Part shown: positions 38,001-48,330 of the stretch, one piece after another | Layout of the letters: every line of letters starts with the position of its first letter | How positions within the stretch are numbered: the first letter of the stretch is position 1 | Source of the DNA: Somniosus microcephalus | Taxonomy: Eukaryota | Length of the DNA stretch: 64,000 nucleotides | Assembly (NCBI GenBank): GCA_052327205.1 | Contig: CM126207.1 | Span: forward strand, 24,490,001 to 24,554,000 | Direction: 5' to 3' | Translations under genes and position numbers: made by a program | Notes under the pieces: model-generated | Seen by the model: the letters and a program-made list of their open reading frames with translations, nothing else | What the model was told of the DNA's origin: nothing | Database searches by the model: none

Positions 38001-41000
38001 CTAAACTGCTTTCTCTCAACGCGTTTCTCGAAAACAAATTTCGCGAGAAAATAATTTAATTTGGAATTTACACTGCTCAGTTGTAATATAACCAAAGCGA
38101 ATACCACGCCTATTTGTTGCATTTCTAATAGGTTTTTTTTCCGCTGGGCTTCACTCTGCACTAGGGTTTAATCAAGGTTCCTTAGCATCTCTGTTGGACT
38201 TCTTTAGTGTTGATCCTGTAGTCTGCAAACCTGGAATTCTGCAATAATTTCCTGTTTATAATGGGGTACAGGAAGCTGTGAACTGCCCGCCATAAGAGGG
38301 GTATAACGTCTGCCTCGTGTTATTCTGTGACATCTTAATCACATAGAGAAATATCCTGTCGATATCAAAAGTAGTAGTAACACGCTAATTTCTGGAGCAT
38401 TTAGTTTGGGGCACAATATAAACCATATTTAGAGCAAAAAAAACTTTCTACACTTTATCAACGTTTACAATCTTTGCAAATAAATTAAACGATAAGCTGG
38501 AAGGATCAATTACGTAAAATGGAAAGGTAAACCAAAGAACCTTCACCTTAACTGTATCTTTAGATATTAGTGTACACATTATGGTGCCGTACACATATTA
38601 TACTTAACCTAAAGTACAAAACTCTCCATCTGGTCAAATAACGTTGACAATGAAGGATCAGCAACGTGATCGCTATTTATATTTCAAATGAAGAGTACTG
38701 TTTTCTCAAAAGTCCGTTGTAATGAAATAGTCTTCCTTTCTAAGTCTTATATTTCAACAACATTAAATAATATAGCAAAAGTCAGAGCTCCATGTAACGT
38801 TATGTGTAATAAACGTATACTTGTATTGCACTCACTCACAAGCTGTAAATTGATTATTTTACAATACGATTACTTAGGAGTTTCTATTACACTATGTTTA
38901 CGTTTTGGGAAACATTTATATATTGCAACGTGCGTAAGCACTGTGTCCTTTTTTAGGGACTGTCACTTGCGACTGAGAAATTGCTCGAAAGACAACGGAC
39001 AAACTGACACCAAGGTGGGGGCTTAACCAGGTAATGCAGCAGCACATGTACAAATCCCAGTCTAAGCCTGCAGTGTGAAGCCCTGGAGGCTAAAATACAA
39101 ACGTGTCAACACTCACAGATCCACATTACATTCTTCTCTATTACACGTTAGAGCTTTGGGTGAAAAATAACTCCAAATCGTGCTGGTTATTAACTCCGTT
39201 TTGATTCCGAGTGATGGTCTGAGACAGGGGTTCAACATTATGGCAGATGTAAATAACATGGGTATAAACAGAAAGGAAAATGCCAGCAATTGAAACACTT
39301 ATTGTGGATAATGAGAAAAATATACAGCGTTTTGCAGCTTTTAATGCAACTTTAATCTAGCCTTGGTTGTACAGCATTAAAATATTCTAAAGCCTTTACT
39401 ACCTACATTTGAAATGACTACTCAATAGTGAATATGAGTTAATTACATTTTTTGCATTATCTGAATGGCGTGTCTTCAGCTAATTTACGTTTTGGGGTTT
39501 AGTGTTTACAAATTCAGCGAGCCCTTCATTATATTTAACTTGCTACGACTGCAGAGAATTGTTTTGAACAACTGTGTGATCTTTTTTCCCACCGCCATAC
39601 CCCTACCCCTCCCCCACGTGTTCTCATCTGATCATACTTTTTTTTTAGCATTTTTCTTTCTTGTTCGGAGTGTTTGCCTGTCTCTGGATATGTTCCTCGC
39701 ACGTATATAGCACTGCTTACGTCTTTCTACTTCTTATTTTTCTCCCACCTTAAATTTGCACTTTCTCTTCCCCCCCCCCCCCCCACCCCACCCAATCCCA
39801 TAAATTTCTGCCCACGCTATTGCTCCCACCTCCCTTTCAAAAACCTACCTTTTTCTCTCTCTTGTATTGTAGGTCTGCTGTGCGCTAGACTGCAGGCTTC
39901 AAGCCCTGTCGCGGATCAGCTTAGGACGGCGGCCTAAATCCACGGATATCGCAGCACCAGGTTTCCGTTCCCCCTTTAGCTCTCTTGCTGAACAATCTAA
40001 AGGGCTACAACGTACATATTTGAGTTAGTAGCCCGTTTTGTCATTCTCTTCCTCCCTGAAAAATAAAGCCTAAACTACTTTTTACGTACACGGCGAGATG
40101 GTTAGACAGACGTATGTACTCAGGGCGAGTTAAACCAACGATGTGCACTAAGGACAAGTTACAGTTGCAGACATAAGACTATATATTGGGGGGAGGGATT
40201 GTGGCTAGCAGTACGTTCTGGTATTAGAAGAAAAATATGAAAACGTGAGGCTGCTATAACGAGCGGAGTTCGGTCTAAACAGCCTCTCATTCATGTGTGT
40301 ACGGAGACGCATACAAGTCACTGGCAATCTATCATTGCGCTATCTTTCTCTATGCCTCCCGATAGTCCATTACAGTTTACTTTTCTCTCCCCCAGCGATG
40401 CGAGTTTCCCATTCGCAGATTACACAGTGTTTATAGATTCTCGAAGCACGGTGTCGGTTCGCCTTCACAAACTGTGTCTTGGAATTGGAAACACGTTTTT
40501 TTTGTAAACTGCAATGCACGTTTGCATCCATGTGATGCAGGCGGTAATTCAAATCTCTTGACAATCTGTCGAAACAAAGTATTGAAACAAAAAAAAAACT
40601 TGCCAAGCCTAAGAAAATAAAAGTATCTCCCCGCCCCATCCCACACCCCTCCATGAGAACCACAGCTTCCCCGGATTTTGACTTACAGAATTACCAACCC
40701 GGGACTGCAGGCAGGGAACTCAATAAGTTCGTACATGCTGAGCAAAGTTTCAGACTCAGTCTCGGGGAGAGAGAAAAAAAGTGAACAGATGCCTTTGACT
40801 GGGGATCTCTTTGATCGTCTGCGCCGCTAAGAACAACCAGCCGTCTGATTTTGTCAAAAAAACATAACACGCCTGGAAGTCGGCTGGTGTCAGGAGAGAT
40901 AAAAATCACTAACTAATTTCCCGCCTGAGCATAACAGGCCATAACCTCATTTTCAGTTCAGTGCTGTCTGCGCCTTCCTTCTTTCCCACAAAAAGCTAAA

Positions 41001-41719
41001 TTCTTGCATAAGCCGCAGGAGCTGGTGCGGATAAATAAAGGGGTGTGCGGGGCACGGTGCGAGATATTACTAAGTAGATGGCGGTGTTTGACCGGCTCGA
41101 TGGAAGGATAAACTTTCCAACGCTTCTAACTGTATATTTGTTCGTGAAACAAACACCATTGCAACACCTCATAAATTATCAAATCCTGCTGCAATACACT
41201 TTTTCGCTGTCCTCTTCAGCCTGATAGACGGTTCCATATCAACACCATCATAAAAGTGCGAGTAGATGTCTATTAATAAGCAGCGGATCTAATTTAATTG
41301 CATAATGTAAGGAAACTTTACAAATATATAGATAGATAAATAATTAAGGAGTAACCTTCACCAGAACCGTTAAATCCTGTCCCAATCCATCGTTGGTTGA
41401 TGGATCTTATTGTCTTCCCCCTCCCCTCAACACTCCAAGAAATGAATTACAAAATGATCAAGTGTCTAACGTAGAGGGTTAAAAAAAAAACACTAAACAT
41501 TCACTCTTTGCGGTAAAAAAAAATCCCGCTCAGATCAACTTTTAAAATCTGCATTGTTGTTATTTAAGGAAAAGTGGCCTTCAGCAGCAGAAAATCTGTT
41601 AAAACGAGCTTACAAAACAGTTACAAGGTTTTGCTAATAAAATTAGTATGGTGCAAGAAACCAACAAAACAAAACCCACATCCTGCAGCCAAAAAAGACT
41701 TTTCTGTGTTCTGTTCAAC

Positions 41720-41900
41720 ACCCCTCTCGCCGCCCCCCCCCCCCCCCCCCCCCGCACCCCCGGTGTAATACGCATGTGCCCTGACTGGGGTCCGTAACTG
41801 GCGCTGTCAATCATCGGAAACTGACCAATGAGATTGCGTGTTGCTCGCGGAGCTCGACGGGCTGCAAAGCTGTTCATGAATCTCAATTCAGTTTCTCAAT
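41720..41900 (+). promoter_or_regulatory. zic4: Zic4 proximal promoter candidate
   Basis: Long C-run/GC box at ~41730-41760, CCAAT at ~41825 and a CpG cluster 130-300 nt upstream of the ATG. Confidence 0.55.
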
Positions 41901-42030
41901 GCGTCCTGCTGCTGCTATCCGTCTGCACTCTCTACACCGAATGGCTATCCACGTTGGCAAAGAGCGAGTTTCTAAAGTTCGGTAACTTAAAAAAAAAGTT
42001 TCTTTTATTATTTTCCTGCTGTCCTGCATT

Positions 42031-43192
42031 ATGAGCATGGATGCTTTGGGGAGTCCGATGATGGACCCATCATTCGCCAAAAGAAACCCAGCGCTGAGAT
42101 TAGTAGATTTGGCAGGAGCTCACCACCATCATCATCACCATCCCCCTCAGAGCATGACAGGCTTCCCGGGGCTCAGCGGCCATCCCCACTCAATGGCACA
42201 CACGCACCCTGGGGAGAGTACTGGAGAAGCCCGCCTGGGGCCGAGTCCATTCGGGCCTGAACACATGGGGCACCCTGCAGCCGCTGCTGCGCTTAAACTC
42301 AGCCCAACCCATCCCCACCACCATCACCACCATCATCATCACCATCATATGGCAGGCCACGCTGAGGTTGTCTCCAATCCAACGGCAGCTTTTGGCCCAG
42401 CGCAGGCAGCAGCAGCAGTCAGTTACTCGGTCTCGCACTCCCACGCCAGCTATACTGCCCAGGCTATCTCGGCAGGTAGAGACTTCCTCATCCGCAGAGA
42501 TCTGACATCCTCAGTCATGCCTGGGCTCACTGATCAATATCCTGGCACAAGTTCTCACCACGGAATGTTTGTATCAACAACAGGTAGCTACCCCGGACAC
42601 CATGGTCACCCCGAGGCTGGAAGCCACTCTTTATTCCCTGGACTCCATGATCAGGCTCCCCATGCAGCCCCAACTGGACACCATCTGAACGGACAGTTAA
42701 GACTGGGGCTACCTGGAGACATGTACGCCAGGTCTGAGCACTACAGCCAAGTGGCAAGTTCCAGGAGTGATCCCTTTGCATCTTCCCCTCTACATGGCTA
42801 CGGTGGCATGAATATTAACATGAACTTAACTGCCCACCACGGTCCAGGTGCATTCTTTCGCTACATGAGACAACCCATCAAGCAGGAACTGATCTGCAAG
42901 TGGACTGAACCGGACCCTGTCACTAAAAAGCCATGCTCAAAAACTTTTAGCACGATGCACGAACTGGTTACTCACGTAACCGTGGAACACGTTGGGGGAC
43001 CAGAGCAGTCGAATCATATCTGCTTCTGGGAAGAGTGTCCAAGAGAGGGAAAGGCTTTCAAAGCCAAATATAAACTTGTAAATCACATCAGAGTCCACAC
43101 TGGCGAGAAACCATTCCCCTGTCCATTCCCTGGCTGCGGCAAAGTCTTTGCCAGATCAGAAAATCTCAAGATCCACAAAAGAACTCACACAG
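42031..43192 (+). CDS. zic4: Zic4 coding exon 1 (N-terminus with poly-His tracts, ZF-NC, zinc fingers 1-3); spliced protein 532 aa
   Basis: [28 protein letters not shown] start typical of fish Zic4/Zic5 types; His7 (42121-42141) and His11 (42316-42348); GTCAGT phase-1 donor after HTG; head-to-head with Zic1. Confidence 0.95.
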
Positions 43193-43194
43193 GT
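42940..43194 (+). repeat. Right arm of the 255-bp inverted repeat (partner 28365-28619)
   Basis: Mismatches only at 42981, 43014, 43054 and 43164. Confidence 0.95.
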
Positions 43195-46100
43195 CAGTAT
43201 TTTCGAAGGATCATTAATCCATTTTTATTTCATTTTCGGTGTACAAAAGTTAATAAAATAATGTTTTCGGTTTAATACCGGTGGGAATTCAATCCAAATG
43301 CTCAGCGAAGCTGGGCTTTATGTGGCTTGGAAAATAGCCTATTTTTTTTTACAGCATTTCTATAAATCACACAGCTCTGAGAACTTTGTAATGTTGTGGA
43401 TAATAAATAATTAATAATGTTTTAGCTGTAAACGGCTTTCCGGTTACAGATAATAAAGCTGTCCTGATTCAATTTCTACCGAAATTAAAAGCCACTAGAT
43501 TTCTTCCTTTCAGTTGCAGTTAAAGGTTGTTACAAAACATGACACTCGGATCTCTGCGAACACTGTTTTGACGTTAAGTAGGGTTCAGTGGAAGCTTTTG
43601 CGGATGATTTAGAATTATTAAAGAGTAGAATACATTGTCTATTTTGTTCTGTTGTTTTTTGTTAGGATCCACACACATAACAGTATTATTTTTAATCATT
43701 GTATGTTGTATCTGTACTGCAAGTGTGTATGTGCTTAGGGTAATCTACTGGCCATAGTTATTTTTAAAAATCTAAACATGTTATAGGCCTAAGACTAATG
43801 AAAACAAATGTGTAGGCCTATGTTTCGAAAAATGTCATTTGCAGAACCATTTGTGAAACTGGGACATGTGTCAAAAACATCTGCTAGCTCCACTTAGCAG
43901 CGAGTAAACTGAGTCGATCGAAGCTTATTCAAAGCTACATTTGAACTTCCCAGGCCAGGGTAATTTATAAGTAATGAAACCGCACTTATAAAATTTTCAC
44001 ACTCCCTGGAACAGCCTCTATTAATTGGTTTTTACAGCAACGGTTCGATACTTGCTCCTTGTATTGTAGTCTGCCTTGAGCGCGGCCTTGCTCGGCTACT
44101 AGACATTGCAGGGAAATTGTAGATCTGAACAATTCCCCACCGAGTTACTCCTTAAACGTTGGACATTTTTCAATGTTATGATCCATTCTATGTTAGCAAA
44201 ACGTGTTTTCTTGGTTGGTTTCCTTTACTTCTCGAGTATAGTTGGCGGAGGGGAGGATGGGGAGGAGGGGGTTGGGGGGCGGGGGGGGGGGGAGATTCTC
44301 CGTGAAATCAGTAGACACAATTTAACCCGAGGCACTTTGCTTCACTAAAACTTGTAAACTCTTCCCAAACTGTCCGCTTGCGTTCTTTTCTTCGTTCTGC
44401 CTCAGTTATATGCTGTATTTATTCGCTCCATAATTGTGCCATGTTGGTTTGCTTTTTATTGGAACCGAAGTGTATTTTCAATGTACATCGGATCACGAGG
44501 TGGTTTGTAGGCCTTTTTATAGGTATAACCCTGGTTGCATTTTGAATTCAAAACATAATTTTCCCTTTACAGTATAAACTAAACATCGCCGATGGCGCCA
44601 ATAAATTGAAGCGTATGGGTAAACAAAACAAAATGCTTAGAGCATTGTTGTAGCAGTGATAATGTGTAAAATGGATATTGCAAAAATATTTCACGTAATG
44701 ATGATATTACGTTTAGTGCTTTTAAATAGTCTAACGTATAATATAATACATATAAATGCATGTGTTGTGGGTGCAGAATAGGCACACTGACTGTGCGTAT
44801 CTGACACTTGATAGCATTGTATTGTGCCTGCCTAAACAAACTTTCCCAGCACTTCATCGACTCCAGTTCAGCAGTTTAGAGTGCTGAGCACTTAATTTAC
44901 AAGAGCAATTCATTCGACCGGCCGTATTGCTATTTATTTAAAAATAATGTAGTAACCAATAGAGGAGCTGTGTGTTTAGTAGCGTCGAATGCTTACACAT
45001 TCCCATATTTCAGTTAAATAGCGATCTCCATATGTTGCAATTAATCACTGTAATTGTGATAAATATTGCATTTCTCTTTCAGTTTAAAATTGCAAACACT
45101 AATGTTACTAAATTCTTAAATAAAAAATAGCAAGTATAGTAATTCTATTAACAAAGTAATTATCTTGTAAAATATTCATGCCGTTTGATTGGCTTCAGTC
45201 CTTTATAGGCAAATTTTATTGAATTGAAATCCCGTCCCTTTTACATTATTTATTTCAACAAGCATGAAAAGATCGCCTCTGGGTAAACAGAGGCTTCAGT
45301 AGTTTTGTCACCTCACTTATAAAATATTACCGTATAAAGTCTAAATCTAGAATTAAACATGGATATTAAAAAGATTGATTAGAACGCGCAAACAGCTTGT
45401 AGAGTTTATCACCAGGTAGCCATTTTTTTTCTAAGTTATCCAATGCAAAGTTTAAATTCAATTTCAGGGAGGCTTTTTTCGACTTATTTATTTTAGCCAG
45501 GACTAAGCTAACTGGTGAGATGACACTTAACAAGGATTGGTCGCAGTTAATCTTACATTACTCACTCCTTTATACACAGCATTAATAGTAAAGAAGGAGA
45601 AATGTGTAGCCAGAAGGAGTTTAGAGCTCTCGGGAATTGGCAGAGCAGACTTCATGCTCGTAGTGTCGGACGCTCCAGACACGGCACAATAACAGTGTTT
45701 ATGAGTCTGGGCTTCCCCATGGGTCCACTAACTTACTACTAGCTTGTACTACACTAATATCGTTGATTGGTCGTCTCAACCTAGCAAGTGAAGGTCAAAT
45801 TATTCTAACGGCTTTCTGAACGTTTGGCTAATTACGGTGTAATATTAAATCGACATTTTGAGAGTTCGGTGAAGGGTCTCTGTTGCAAAGCACGTAGCTT
45901 TGCACTGTAGCCGCATTGTTTTACATTTGCCACAGATAGTGTTTTTAAAATCTTAGATTTAATGATGTTGCAATGTTTTATTAGAATAGTTATAATTAAA
46001 GTTTTTTTTTGAAAAAGTTTTTTATTCCCCACCCCTGCTGTTTCAGAAATCCATTGTAAGCCACTATGAGCAAGTGACTGCTGTTTAGGCCTTGGCGTTA

Positions 46101-46344
46101 AACATTGCTTTAACTTTACTAACAAGGGTAAACTATTACTGCACATTGTATCTGCAACAACGTGCCTGCAACATATCACTGCAATAGGAATTCCTCAATT
46201 AGCTAATTAAATATTTTATTGAAACGTGTGTTAGCGGTTACGTTGTAGTTTTAATAGTGGAGGATAATACCTTAATGTTAATAATGAATGATAATACCTT
46301 AACGTTTGTGACTCATCACTCTGCCCCTTGTGGTTTTCTTTTAG

Positions 46345-46781
46345 GAGAAAAACCCTTCAAATGCGAGTTTGAAGGCTGTGACAGACGTTTTGCTAACAGC
46401 AGCGACAGGAAAAAGCACTCTCATGTGCATACAAGTGACAAGCCCTATAACTGCAAAATAAGAGGCTGTGATAAATCGTACACGCACCCCAGTTCCCTTC
46501 GTAAGCACATGAAGGTCCACTGCAAATCTCCTCCTCCCAGCTCGGGCTACGAATCCTCCACCCCTTCGCTGGTATCTCCTTCTTCGGACTCAGGCCGGGA
46601 CCCCCCGGCTCCAGCCTCCCAGCTTGACCCCATCACATCTTCCCACGCAGCTAACCTGAGCGAATGGTATGTGTGTCAAAGCACAGGAGCAAGTGGTATT
46701 CCAACACCTCCAAGCAATGCATCATCACCTGGACCAGGAGAGCACGCTTACAGAAACTCTGACCCCAGAACTATTCACTAA
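46345..46781 (+). CDS. zic4: Zic4 coding exon 2 (zinc fingers 4-5 and C-terminus)
   Basis: TTTTCTTTTAG acceptor ending 46344; KKHSHVH and CKIRGC (C-x4-C ZF5) are Zic4/5-type signatures; 1162+437=1599 nt ending TAA. Confidence 0.96.
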
Positions 46782-48163
46782 CGAGGAACCGAAGGCCACT
46801 TGGACATGCATCCACAATAAGAAATATTGACTAAGTCTTTGTTCCTATGATGTTTGCAATGCCATACTCTCTGCAGCATTTGACTTGAGGAACTACTTGA
46901 GTTTCTGGAGGCCGAGCGCCTAGGAAACGTGAAAAATGATGTAAAGCACTGGCATACAAAAAAGATAAAGACATGTATTAAAGAGAAAGTATCCCTAATT
47001 GTAATCTTACACAAGTTGCAGTTAATAGTCAAGAACTACGCATCTTGAACAACACAGCATCACTTACAAGTGCTCCCCACCATATAGTATTGTTTTCATA
47101 AAATGTTGTATAAAGAAAATCGTTGTTCGATTTATCGTTATTATTTTTCTCTCTTGTGGAAAAAAATACACTGCTATATCGATTTGTTAAGAAAGTATGT
47201 TGCATTTCTTTTTGAAAGCCAGAAGGGTGTTAGAAGATATTCTGTACACCTGATGTGAATAGTAATGAACAAAGGCCTTTGTAGGCCGAAACAAAATGGA
47301 TACTGTCTCTTTAAAAGCCTGCCTAGCCTTTGACTTTGTTTAAACATTTCTGCAAACTACATTTTCGTGTTAGACGTTTTTGCAGAATAAGCCTATAAAA
47401 ACATATAAATATTGGTATTGACATATACAGCGTACGTCTGTGTTAAGTATTTCGTTTCTTTTTCTGTTTTGTTTTCCTTGAAATAATTTATTTAAAATGT
47501 TACAATAAAACACATTTTGTATAAATGAACCAAAGTGTTTTATTGCAGGGCGATTAGACAGTGTACATTTTTTTCTTAGATGATTTTAAATAATTAGCGT
47601 GTGTTCTGTAAATTATAGTGTTTTATAAATGGAGGTTTGACTATGTAGGATCATTTTCTTTCTGTATTTTTGATCCTGTTTTGATATACATGGGTACTGG
47701 TTTGTAATAAATTGATAAGAATAGAAATACTGTTTAAAAACTTTTAGAAATGGACCCATTTGTTGTTAATATGTATAGTAAAGCATTGGTTCTGTCTTAT
47801 CTCTGTGACATATATATTTAACCACCACTAAAGAGCAAGCTCTAACTCATTGACTTGGTCTAATTTTTTTGTAGTCAGGAGCAACACACATTTTAGTACT
47901 TTTGTTTTACGCTACAAGCACTGTTTTTTTAAAGCGCATTCTCGTTAAAATGTAACATCGGCGAAGCACATTTTTTTTGTGGAACCCTTAAAAATAGTTG
48001 GTGAAAAAGTTGTAAGACCGAGGTATTGTTACGGTGAAATCCTACTGTTTAAGCAGAAATCGTTGTACTGAAACCACTTTGTATTTTGCCAATGTACGAA
48101 TGAACTGTGCATAGTTTATAATTGTATTGTCAAAAACTCACAAGTAAATGCGTCTTGTAAAAA

Positions 48164-48183
48164 AATAAATTTTGTAAAATAAA
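48164..48183 (+). terminator. zic4: Candidate Zic4 polyadenylation signals
   Basis: Two AATAAA (48164-48169, 48178-48183) followed by GU/U-rich sequence; a proximal AATAAA lies at 47504-47509. Confidence 0.5.
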
Positions 48184-48257
48184 ATTTAAAAATGGCTGTT
48201 TGTTACACTTTACAATGAAAAGATAACATCACGCAGATGCCTACTACACATTATACA

Positions 48258-48330
48258 TATAGATGATAGTAGATAGATAGATACATACATACAGACAGAC
48301 AGACATAGGTAGATACATAGGTAGTTGGTT
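48258..48330. repeat. Compound GATA/CATA/GACA tetranucleotide microsatellite
   Basis: Visible tandem tetranucleotides. Confidence 0.88.

Noticed and set aside
28365-43194. Recent whole-gene duplication as the cause of the Zic1/Zic4 identity
   Set aside because: Identity is confined to 255 bp; introns, N-termini and exon 2 synonymous sites are highly diverged.
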